Source of the DNA: Promethearchaeia archaeon | GTDB taxonomy: Archaea > Asgardarchaeota > Lokiarchaeia > Sigyniarchaeales > SOKP01 | Assembly (NCBI GenBank): GCA_029856155.1 | Contig: JAHQWL010000055.1 | Coordinates: 1-64,000 of the forward strand | DNA length: 64,000 bases | Direction of reading: 5' to 3' | Part shown: piece after piece, positions 55,402 to 64,000 of the stretch | How the letters are laid out: every line of letters starts with the position of its first letter | How positions within the stretch are numbered: position 1 is the first letter of the stretch | Notes under the pieces: model-generated | What the model was told of the DNA's origin: nothing | The model's database searches: none | Seen by the model: only the letters and a program-made list of their open reading frames with translations | Translations under genes and position numbers: made by a program

Positions 55402-58254
55402 TCATAATTTATTTGTTTTTGAGATTTCTAACATAGATTTTATATGATTCATAAAATTTTCATTTGAACAGAGAGATAATAGCTCTTTTTTTACAATTTC
55501 CGCAGCATCATTCCTTTCTCTAAAATCAAAAGGAGAAATAATTCCAGAAGAACTTTTCTTTTTTAAACCCTCTATAATTTTATCTATTTCTATAGAAAAC
55601 TGATCTAAATTATCTAAGCTTTCAGATAACGCAGCGGGAAGATTTGAATGGACTTTTTTTAACGAATTAGAAAATTTGAGTACTTTTTGAGAGAAATTTA
55701 GCCTTTCCTTTAATATTTCACTAACCTTTTCTGACTCGTTAAGGAGTTTGAACATGATTTCATAAAATTTAAGTTCATTCTTATCTCTATTGAGAAATTT
55801 GGTTAAATTTCTAATCTTTTCAGTTGTATCGAATTCTTCCAACTGTTCATATTCGCTTATTTTAGTTTCAGACTCCTTTATTTCCAAATTGAGGAGATCA
55901 AGCTTTTGATTACTCAAATATGTATCTAATTTCATTATTTTTTTTTGATATTCTTGTTCATCAAGTATAATTCGAGTTGTATCAAGGAATCCTGGTAAAC
56001 AGTCATAAATATATTTTAATATTGAGATGTAGATTGAATGCTCTGTATTAGCAATTGGTCTTGTATAGAACTCTATAGCGTCTATATTATCGCTTAGATC
56101 CACTAAAGATTTGAAAACTTTTCTTAATTCCAACATATTTCTTTGAGCATCTAATGCTATAGAATACATCTCTTCAAAATATTTTTTATAGAACCTTCTT
56201 GCCAATTCAAGTTCATTTAAAAAATCATTAACAAGTGGTATTAGCTCTCCTGAAGAGCTTGGTTTTTTATATTCTTCACCAATGTCTTTTAACCGATCCT
56301 CTTCTCTCACTGTTATCATTTTGACTATAAATTCTGGAAAATCTTTTGTAACAATATCATAAGTCTTAATGAAATACCTTTTTTTGCTTAAGATTGGGAT
56401 AATTGTATTTATTGTCATAGTTCTCTTTTGAATAGCTTTTAAATCTTCTTCTAGTATTCTGTTGATATTCTCATCTATTTTCTTTTTATTTTCCAGATTT
56501 GAAATTTTTCTATCTTTTAATAGTTGATTAAGCCGAATTCCTCGTATCTGTGCATTTCGACCTCCAAAAATCTCTACAAAAATTCCTCCAAGAATTCTAA
56601 TCGCTAAAGCTCCTGCTAATACTTTATCTTTCTCCTCATCGACTAAAATCTGATTTGTTTGCATATTCATTAATCTGAACATGAATGATTTCTCTTTTTC
56701 TCTTGGTATCTCATGAATTTTTGTTCTGTATTTCTCAATAATTTGAACTTCTGGTAATTTTTTTTCCCATAATAATTCTAAGATTCGATCTCCTTCAACT
56801 TTTGGAAGAATGTCTAAATAACGAGGGATAATCTCAATTAAAGCTTTTGCCCAATTTGAATGTTCAATTGCTAATGGAATTTCCTCGTGATAATCAGCTA
56901 ATAAGTCATGAATTAATCCTCCTTGCTCTAAAACTTTTGGCCCACTATATCTCCCTAGTGTATGCACAAGAATCTCATCAAAAGTAGGTTCTGATGAAAA
57001 AGGCATACGAACTTCCATTTTTTTTATAAATTCTTGATATAAATCAAATAATCCACGTACTTTATGATTTGATCTATTAATAATGAATTGATTAACTTCT
57101 GCCTTATTCAAATCTCCAATTTCTACTAAAGATCTTGCAAACATGATTGCTCCATTAAATATTAATTCTACTTTTTCAGGTTCGTGATATGACGCGGTTT
57201 CTGAATATTTAAACAAATATTTTGCAAGATCCGACCCTAGATATTCTCTATGTTGCTCAGGAATTTGATCAATTGCACCTAACAACTCTTCCATAAGCAT
57301 TTGAATCATATCTTGTCCAAGAATTCGCGAATATTTTTTTTCTGATCTTTTTAAAAAAGCTTCGACATCTGTAAACTGAACACGCTCTTCTTTCTCTCCA
57401 AATAAATGAGATAATATATCTTCAAGTTTATTGCTATTGTTTAATAAATTGCCTTTTTTAGCTTCTTCTAAAAATGCATCGAATAAATCCATTAAAGAAT
57501 GTAGCTTATTATTACTTCTTATTCTTATTTCTTGATTAATTTGATCCCATGTTTTTCCATCTAAATCTTTTATTGACTCAGAAAATAATAAAGTATGAGC
57601 TAATATATTGTCTAATGTTTCTGTAGAATATCTATTGACATTTTGAGATAATTTGAATAAATATTTTGAAATTTCAGAACTCATTTGATCTCGATGTAAT
57701 TCCTCAATTTGTTCGAATGATTTCATGAGTCTTTCTGTATAGGATTGGAATTTATCTTTTCCCATTTTTCTATAAAAACTCTTCTCAGCACGTTTAATAA
57801 ATAGTTCAACATCATTCATTTGAGAGAATTCTTCCTTTCCACCAACTAAATATGTCAATAAATCTTCAAATCTTTCGAGATTTTCTAAAACTTCACCTTT
57901 TTTCGCTTTCTCAATAAATGCATTTAATAAATCAGAAAGATTTCTCATTTCATTATTACTTCTATTAATTAACATCTGATTTACCTGATTCCTATCTCGA
58001 TTTACTAGATCTTTTAGAGATTCTGCAAATATGAGAAAAGACTTCAAAACAGCCTCAGTAATCGCAAGAGAGACATCTTCAATCTCCTGTGAATAATTGA
58101 AAAGAGATTTTGGTATTTCAGAGCCGATAACGCTTCTAAATTTAGCTGGAATTTCATTAGTAGCTTTCTTTATACTATTTAAAATGGTTAATGCCTTATT
58201 TTCACCTAATTTACTCTTAAAAGAACGTTCAGCCCTTTTTAAAAAGACTTCCAT
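55402..58254 (-). CDS. large alpha-helical hypothetical protein with three N-terminal 148-aa repeats
   Basis: 950-aa ORF; repeats start at aa 1, 149 and 297 (E.F.KR.E..SE..K.LF..S..RSN..L.DL...F). Confidence 0.85.
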   Translation of the reverse strand: MEVFLKRAERSFKSKLGENKALTILNSIKKATNEIPAKFRSVIGSEIPKSLFNYSQEIEDVSLAITEAVLKSFLIFAESLKDLVNRDRNQVNQMLINRSNNEMRNLSDLLNAFIEKAKKGEVLENLERFEDLLTYLVGGKEEFSQMNDVELFIKRAEKSFYRKMGKDKFQSYTERLMKSFEQIEELHRDQMSSEISKYLFKLSQNVNRYSTETLDNILAHTLLFSESIKDLDGKTWDQINQEIRIRSNNKLHSLMDLFDAFLEEAKKGNLLNNSNKLEDILSHLFGEKEERVQFTDVEAFLKRSEKKYSRILGQDMIQMLMEELLGAIDQIPEQHREYLGSDLAKYLFKYSETASYHEPEKVELIFNGAIMFARSLVEIGDLNKAEVNQFIINRSNHKVRGLFDLYQEFIKKMEVRMPFSSEPTFDEILVHTLGRYSGPKVLEQGGLIHDLLADYHEEIPLAIEHSNWAKALIEIIPRYLDILPKVEGDRILELLWEKKLPEVQIIEKYRTKIHEIPREKEKSFMFRLMNMQTNQILVDEEKDKVLAGALAIRILGGIFVEIFGGRNAQIRGIRLNQLLKDRKISNLENKKKIDENINRILEEDLKAIQKRTMTINTIIPILSKKRYFIKTYDIVTKDFPEFIVKMITVREEDRLKDIGEEYKKPSSSGELIPLVNDFLNELELARRFYKKYFEEMYSIALDAQRNMLELRKVFKSLVDLSDNIDAIEFYTRPIANTEHSIYISILKYIYDCLPGFLDTTRIILDEQEYQKKIMKLDTYLSNQKLDLLNLEIKESETKISEYEQLEEFDTTEKIRNLTKFLNRDKNELKFYEIMFKLLNESEKVSEILKERLNFSQKVLKFSNSLKKVHSNLPAALSESLDNLDQFSIEIDKIIEGLKKKSSSGIISPFDFRERNDAAEIVKKELLSLCSNENFMNHIKSMLEISKTNKL
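56935..58254 (-). repeat. three diverged intragenic tandem repeats, 444-nt period
   Basis: Protein-level alignment by eye; first two units are gap-free. Confidence 0.8.
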
Positions 58255-58561
58255 TATTAAACCACTTTCAGATTACAAAAAATGTTAGAAATATGATATT
58301 CAGTTAAATATAGTTCATTAGTTCAATTAGATAATTAAATAACCTAAATGATCAATTTAAATTTATGTTTAAGGAATAATTGGAATTTAATTTTAAAGCA
58401 TTTAATTTAATATCTTTCATTAACTTCTGCAAGATAGATTATCATTCAAATTCTTTTTATAAATGTTGGAAAAGAATACTTATTAACAACTAGTACAAAT
58501 TAAAATTATTAAATTCAAGAATTTATAATTAAATAAAAAAAAAAAATTACAGGTTTTAAAT

Positions 58562-59698
58562 ATGGCAAATGAAATTGAAGCAGAATATCAGAAAGCTGCT
58601 AATATACTCAACAAAGCAGGGGTGTTTCCTTATCCAATTACCAAAACTACTCTTAACATTTTAAAATTCAATATTAAAGAAGAAAATTTGGATCTTGTAA
58701 TGGCATTTAAGAAGGATATCTCACAAACGATGGAGCAATTGAAAGAAAGCAGTGGATTATCTGAAGAAGAAATTTTAAAAAAAGTTGACGCTCTTGCGAA
58801 GAGGGGGGTCCTTTTCAATCAACCAAATAGCCAAGGAATTATGGTTTATCGGTTACTCCCAATTGCTAGACAATTGGAATATAACTTCATGAAAAAACTT
58901 GATAAAACAGGAGAAAATGATCAGCTTGCAAAATTATTTCATGAATTTAATGAAGAAATAAAAGATCTTTTTTATTCAAATCAAGAGAGATTTGAATCAA
59001 CATTAAAAAATTTACCACCTATCGATAGAACTGTTCCAATTTTGGAGAACCAAGAGACGGGTGAAGGAATTAATATCATTGTAAATGAAGAAATAGAAGT
59101 ACCTACAGAAAAAATATTACCGACCCAAAAAATTGAAGAGTTAATTGAAAAATATGACGATATTGCAGTAGGGTATTGTTATTGCAGGCAACATAATGAG
59201 TTTTTAGGTAATCCGTGTAAAAAAATTGAACTTACGCCAACTTGTTTTACTTTAGGCAAGTCTGCTAGGCATACTTCTAATCATGGCTTCTCAACCTTAG
59301 TATCCAAAGAGGAGGCATTAAAAATCTTAAAGAAGTGTGAAGAAGCTGGACTAGTTCATAAAGCATATCATTTACATAGCGATATCTATAAAGATGAAGT
59401 AGCAGTTTGTAACTGTTGTAGCTGTTGTTGTTTAACTGCAAGGGAGTCCTTGATTTTTCCTGTAGCTAATGCAACTAATTACCTATCTAGTATAGATCAA
59501 GATCTTTGTATAGGATGTGGTACTTGTGTTGAGAAATGTTATAATAAAGCAATTGAATTAAATGATGATAATAAAGCAGAAAGAATAGAAGAATTATGTG
59601 TTGGTTGTGGTGTATGTGCATATTTCTGCCCAGAAAATGCAATATCTCTAATTGAAGGTCCTAGAACTGTAATACTTTTCCCTCAAAAAAAAAAATAA
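58562..59698 (+). CDS. 4Fe-4S binding protein with N-terminal wHTH-like segment
   Basis: CYCRQ, AGLVH, CNCCSCCC, CIGCGTCVEKC, CVGCGVCAYFCP. Confidence 0.85.
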   Translation: MANEIEAEYQKAANILNKAGVFPYPITKTTLNILKFNIKEENLDLVMAFKKDISQTMEQLKESSGLSEEEILKKVDALAKRGVLFNQPNSQGIMVYRLLPIARQLEYNFMKKLDKTGENDQLAKLFHEFNEEIKDLFYSNQERFESTLKNLPPIDRTVPILENQETGEGINIIVNEEIEVPTEKILPTQKIEELIEKYDDIAVGYCYCRQHNEFLGNPCKKIELTPTCFTLGKSARHTSNHGFSTLVSKEEALKILKKCEEAGLVHKAYHLHSDIYKDEVAVCNCCSCCCLTARESLIFPVANATNYLSSIDQDLCIGCGTCVEKCYNKAIELNDDNKAERIEELCVGCGVCAYFCPENAISLIEGPRTVILFPQKKK

Positions 59699-59759
59699 AA
59701 TAATAAAAACTACTTTTTTCTTTTCATTAAAAAATTAATTAAAAACTATCGGTAAAATA

Positions 59760-60599
59760 CTAATCTATTATAGCATAAGCATTTCCAAGAACTATAGCTC
59801 TTTCTGTTCGTACTTGAATTATATAGCCTCCATTATCTTTCCAACCTTCTGTAGTTAAAGTTTCTCCTGGATATACTTCAGAAGTAAATCGTGCTTTGAA
59901 TTCTTTAAATCGTTCCACGTCTCCATTACAAGCACCATAAATTATAGACCGTGTTGCAAAACCATATGTACATAACCCATGAAGAATTGGTCCTTTAAAT
60001 CTTCCGCTTTGACTCGCAAATTCAGGATCTATATGTAGAGGGTTAAAATCACCACTAAGTCTATACAAGGCTGCTTGATTTTCAGAAGTTTTATAACTAA
60101 TGCTAAAATCTGGTTTAATACCTTCGGAAGGATTTAGAGGTTCAGATTTTGGACCGGGATCACCACCAAAACCTCCTGCACCAAGATAGAAAAAAATCCA
60201 ATTTGTATCAAAAACCGTTTCATCCTCTCTCGTGCTTCCCGAAACTTTCATATGAATAACAGCAGCCTTGCCTTTATCAAAAATATTAATGACTTCTCCT
60301 TGACAAACTATTTCTCCTGATGCAGGAAAGGGCTTATAAAGTTTGATTGCTTGCTCACCATGAACAAAATGTGAGAAATTGATATTTCCTAGCTTGTTCA
60401 ACTGAAGACCGCTCTGAGCAACAATACAAGCATAACTAGGGAATACTTTTAACCCACCTTTAACTCCTTCATAAACAAATTGTAACTCATCCGGTTGGGC
60501 ACCAATCCCTATGTTATATAATACCACATCTTTCCAAGTATACTTAAAAGTAACTTCAGGATATTTTTGACCAATAACATCAAGATTTAACCCTGACAA
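59760..60599 (-). CDS. (R)-specific enoyl-CoA hydratase 2 (MaoC, MFE-2 type double hot-dog)
   Basis: LYNIGIGA, VHGEQ, DKGK, YRLSGDFNPLHID, PILHGLCTYG. Confidence 0.9.
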   Translation of the reverse strand: MSGLNLDVIGQKYPEVTFKYTWKDVVLYNIGIGAQPDELQFVYEGVKGGLKVFPSYACIVAQSGLQLNKLGNINFSHFVHGEQAIKLYKPFPASGEIVCQGEVINIFDKGKAAVIHMKVSGSTREDETVFDTNWIFFYLGAGGFGGDPGPKSEPLNPSEGIKPDFSISYKTSENQAALYRLSGDFNPLHIDPEFASQSGRFKGPILHGLCTYGFATRSIIYGACNGDVERFKEFKARFTSEVYPGETLTTEGWKDNGGYIIQVRTERAIVLGNAYAIID

Positions 60600-60690
60600 T
60601 ATTTTATCACCTTCGATTAATTATTTTATCTCCTATTATAATAATTATTTAATGTAAAATAATGTTTGTCTGTAATTTTTATTTGATATT

Positions 60691-61584
60691 TTAAATAAAT
60701 CCACTTCTCTTTAAGCCTTCAACAAGCCACTCCATAGTCTTTTCTAAAACTTCAATATATCCTAACTTGATAATTTTCGACTTAGGTATGAATTTCTCAT
60801 GATACTTGAGAGCTAAGTAATTATATGAAGGATTTTCTTTAAACCACTTAATAATTGAATTTTTTGTAGAAAAATGTAATTTTTCCATACTATTTATTAT
60901 TTGATCGAAATCCTCATCTTTCCATACCCCATAATGGGCTAATGATATTGAATTCAATTCATCTTTCATATTCCTAAGTCTTTGAAACGTCTTTAATAAT
61001 TCTGCTTCATGAAAATCTGGTGGCATGAAAGTTGGTTGGAAGTAATAAATACTAGATTTATCAATAATTGCATCACCAGTAAATATATTCTTATTTTTTT
61101 TGTCAAATAGCGCAATAGAATCCATAGTATGACCGAAAAAGTCAAGTACTTTCAATTCTAAACCATTTAAATCTATAGTTTGATTATCTTTTAAAGGCAC
61201 AACACCTTCTATTGGATCTGTTTTAGCTGCAAATACTTCATTAATATTATTTGGATTTTTTAAATTCTCTATGGCATTTTTCGAGGCTAAAACCTCAATT
61301 TCTACGTCTTTAATTAATTTTCGTAATTCATGGACACCGTCTGTGTGGTCAAAATGAGAATGTGTAAGGAAAATCTTATGTATAGGATAAATATTTAATT
61401 CCTTCAATCTTTCAATAATCTTGGGTATTGTAGTTTTTTCAGAGGCATCGATCATCATTCGAGTACCCTCATTTTCAAGGACATAAATTGAAAGATTTCC
61501 CTTTCCCCCAAATAAATATCCATCAATCAACCACGTATTTTCATTAAACTTTCCTTCTTTATTTATAAAAACCAATATAACCAC
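60691..61584 (-). CDS. MBL-fold metallo-hydrolase
   Basis: THSHFDH, GHT, FTGD, AHYG. Confidence 0.9.
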   Translation of the reverse strand: MVILVFINKEGKFNENTWLIDGYLFGGKGNLSIYVLENEGTRMMIDASEKTTIPKIIERLKELNIYPIHKIFLTHSHFDHTDGVHELRKLIKDVEIEVLASKNAIENLKNPNNINEVFAAKTDPIEGVVPLKDNQTIDLNGLELKVLDFFGHTMDSIALFDKKNKNIFTGDAIIDKSSIYYFQPTFMPPDFHEAELLKTFQRLRNMKDELNSISLAHYGVWKDEDFDQIINSMEKLHFSTKNSIIKWFKENPSYNYLALKYHEKFIPKSKIIKLGYIEVLEKTMEWLVEGLKRSGFI

Positions 61585-61668
61585 TTTTTATCTGATTTTC
61601 TTTAATTAAGAAAATTAAATTGAGATAAATTTTATTATGAAAAAAAAAAAATAAATTTATTGATGAGT

Positions 61669-62946
61669 TTAAGCATCAAGATTCTCTATGACCGTTGCTA
61701 CGCCTTGCCCACCACCGCAACAAGCATTTGCAACACCATACTTTGCTTTCTTATCCTTCAAAATCCTTGCTAATGTTCCAGTAAGACGAATTACTGTTGA
61801 TCCTAACGGGTGGCCAATCGCAGTTGATCCTCCCATAACATTAACTTTTTCTTCTGGTATATTAAATTTGTCCATGCAGTTTAAGGTTACAATCGTAAAT
61901 GCTTCATTTATTTCCCAGTAATCTATATCATCAGCAGTTAAACCCGCACTCCTTAACGCTTTTTTAGTTGCTGGAACTGGTCCTCTCCCCATTACAGTAG
62001 GATCTACCCCTGCCCATCCAATTGATACAATTCTGGCCATAGGATTAATCCCTCTTTTTTCTGCTTCTTTCGATTCCATTAAAACTGCCGCAGTGGCTCC
62101 TGCATTTAATGGGGATGAATTCCCTGCGGTGATAACGCCTTGATCGGTACCTTCTCTTTTTATATAACCTTCACGACCTCCATTTTTTTCCAAGAAAAAC
62201 GGTTGTGTTAGTCTTCGTAATTGAGATACTGTCTCTAAAGTTGATTTTCTAGCATTCATATCTCTATCAATTATCATCTTTTCTTCTACATTCCCGGGAG
62301 CATGCCCTTCAATTGGAATGATTTCACCTTTAAACCACCCTTCATCATGATATTTAACGGCCAAATTGTGACTTCTAACTCCAAATTTGTCTAAATCTTC
62401 TTTAGTGAAGGTAGGGATTTCTTCTTCGTAGAGTTTCTGAGCTGTTAGCAGCATATTGTATACTACGGAAAAATCTAAATCAGGGCGATAGTATTCACTG
62501 TTCTTATTTGCTACTTTTAAATTAGGTTCTGTTCCCTTACCTCGAACTCTGGTCATATGCTCGAATCCAGTACTTAAGACGCAATTGCTATTACCCGTCA
62601 TGATTTCCATAATCCCTACATGCATTCCACTACCTGCTGAACCACATTGACGATCAATAAAGAATGAAGGGACTTCATAGGGAAAATCAGCTAAAAATAA
62701 GGGCATTCTACCCCCATACGTCCAATTCTCTAGCACACCAGCAGCAACTCCAACAGATACTTCTTCAATATCTTTCTTTTCTATGCCTTTATCAGCTAAC
62801 TTATCTTCAAATAGACTTTTCAATAACTGTGCCAACAACTCATCTCCTCTAATCTCACCAAAAACATCCCTTTCGGGTTGAGTAGGTCTAGATCGAGAAA
62901 AAGCGGTACGAGCATAATCAATCAACCAAGTTTCCTTTAATTCCAT
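61669..62946 (-). CDS. acetyl-CoA C-acyltransferase (thiolase)
   Basis: DRQCGS, TAGNSS, EINEAF, GHPLG, CCGGGQG. Confidence 0.95.
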   Translation of the reverse strand: MELKETWLIDYARTAFSRSRPTQPERDVFGEIRGDELLAQLLKSLFEDKLADKGIEKKDIEEVSVGVAAGVLENWTYGGRMPLFLADFPYEVPSFFIDRQCGSAGSGMHVGIMEIMTGNSNCVLSTGFEHMTRVRGKGTEPNLKVANKNSEYYRPDLDFSVVYNMLLTAQKLYEEEIPTFTKEDLDKFGVRSHNLAVKYHDEGWFKGEIIPIEGHAPGNVEEKMIIDRDMNARKSTLETVSQLRRLTQPFFLEKNGGREGYIKREGTDQGVITAGNSSPLNAGATAAVLMESKEAEKRGINPMARIVSIGWAGVDPTVMGRGPVPATKKALRSAGLTADDIDYWEINEAFTIVTLNCMDKFNIPEEKVNVMGGSTAIGHPLGSTVIRLTGTLARILKDKKAKYGVANACCGGGQGVATVIENLDA

Positions 62947-63233
62947 CTTATTTTCACTTTTTAAATTCTTGTTTTTAAATAAGTTTACATTGTCTATTAA
63001 TTATTAATATGAGTTAATGATATTATTTTAAGGATTTTAATTTAATATATCAACTTTACGAAGGTTAATGGATGATTATTCATATTTACTAATAAATATT
63101 TTAAATAATTTCTTTCGATTCAAATTTCTTTAAATTTTTTGATAAAAAAGTAGCATTTAAAAAGATTAACACATACTTTTGTATGATTTCGCTTGAGAAA
63201 TCCAATTTAAAAATTAAAAAGAGGCGTATAAAA

Positions 63234-63542
63234 ATACCTTATATAGTAACATTTACATAGTATCCTCCTTCTTTAGCAAATAAAGTTGCTCAGAGATATT
63301 TAGAAACACTTCAAAAATACCCACTAATCTCTAGTATTAAACGCATTGTTCCCGCAGCTGTTTCATCAACAAAAGAAGGACTTGAAGTTTTTCTTGTTGA
63401 TGAAGTAAAACGAGAAGATGTAGGAGAAGCTTTAGATTATGCGTCAAAATTTTTAGTAGAATTTTTTGATATTGAGGGTTTTAGATATGCAATTAGGACT
63501 TTTAATACATTAAATGAAGCTATGGGATATATAGGAAAATAG
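63234..63542 (+). pseudogene. about 102-codon gene with ATA start and in-frame TAG (missed by ORF track)
   Basis: GAGGCG RBS-like site at 63221, then ATA-CCT-TAT..ACA-TAG(63258)-TAT-CCT-CCT; reads IPYIVTFT*YPPSLANKVAQRYLETLQKYP...EGFRYAIRTFNTLNEAMGYIGK*. Confidence 0.6.
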
Positions 63543-63691
63543 TGTATTTAGAGAGACCTTAATAATTAGTAATGAAATCTCAAAAATTTTTTTTCTTTAT
63601 TTCTAGTATTATAATTTACTTAGAATTAACCAATTATGATAATTATAAGATCTCATAAATAATTAAAGAAAAAATAGATAAGTTTAATATA

Positions 63692-64000
63692 TTATTTTCC
63701 TTGAAATTTTGGAGATCTCTTTTCTAGGAATGCTGTAATTCCTTCTCTGACATCTTGTGATGTAGTATTCAAAGCATATCCCCAATGCTCAAATTGTAGT
63801 CCCACATTCAATGGTACTTGAGTCCCATATTGAATACACTTTTTAATAACGAAAAGTGCATTTGTAGCAGAATTTCCGATCTGAAAGGCTTTCTCATGAA
63901 CAAATTCTTCAAACTTATCATCATCAACTAAAAAGGAAATAAATCCCCAATCATTCATCTGTTCAGCAGTAAAATGTTCACCAAAATACATCATTCGATT
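63692..64000 (-). CDS. enoyl-CoA hydratase/isomerase family, C-terminal part (truncated by window)
   Basis: GEHFTAEQ..WG, DVREGITAFLEKRSPKFQGK crotonase C-terminus. Confidence 0.85.
   Translation of the reverse strand, partial: NRMMYFGEHFTAEQMNDWGFISFLVDDDKFEEFVHEKAFQIGNSATNALFVIKKCIQYGTQVPLNVGLQFEHWGYALNTTSQDVREGITAFLEKRSPKFQGK

Noticed and set aside
2212-62852. Remaining short antisense ORFs in the track (e.g. 10727..11113, 48036..48539, 54645..54989)
   Set aside because: Fully nested opposite well-supported genes, with no independent coding signal.
1-64000. CRISPR arrays, tRNA/rRNA, IS elements, integrases, defence systems
   Set aside because: No regularly spaced repeats, GC-rich structured RNA segments or transposase/integrase motifs seen by eye; tRNAscan/Infernal would be needed to exclude small RNAs.

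Overview
AT-rich, densely coding 64-kb window of metabolic genes. It is most consistent with an Asgard archaeon (Lokiarchaeia-like); this is inferred from GGAGGTGA-type RBSs, T-tract gene ends, a HEAT+LRR protein, a stand-alone SCP2, DUF35, an aIF-2B-like protein, HdrA-MvhD and many beta-oxidation paralogs. (1) 1-24.2 kb is a catabolic island: KdgK, BKACE, a GH5 glycolipid-hydrolase-like enzyme, GH172, amidase, racemase, SDRs, Gfo/Idh/MocA oxidoreductases, a fucose-isomerase-like enzyme and transporters. It contains two inverted, diverged copies of a DMT transporter / PIG-L deacetylase / M24-fold cassette. (2) There are two 2-oxoacid:ferredoxin oxidoreductase operons. The Por-type beta subunit is clearly circularly permuted, with the cut inside the TPP-binding motif; the Kor-type operon runs into an HdrA-MvhD fusion. 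(3) Fatty-acid/acyl-CoA genes, pyrG and several orphans, including a secreted metallopeptidase with a His/Trp tail and a 950-aa protein with three 148-aa repeats. I saw no rRNA, tRNA, CRISPR array or mobile element. All assignments are from motif recognition by eye; no database searches were run.
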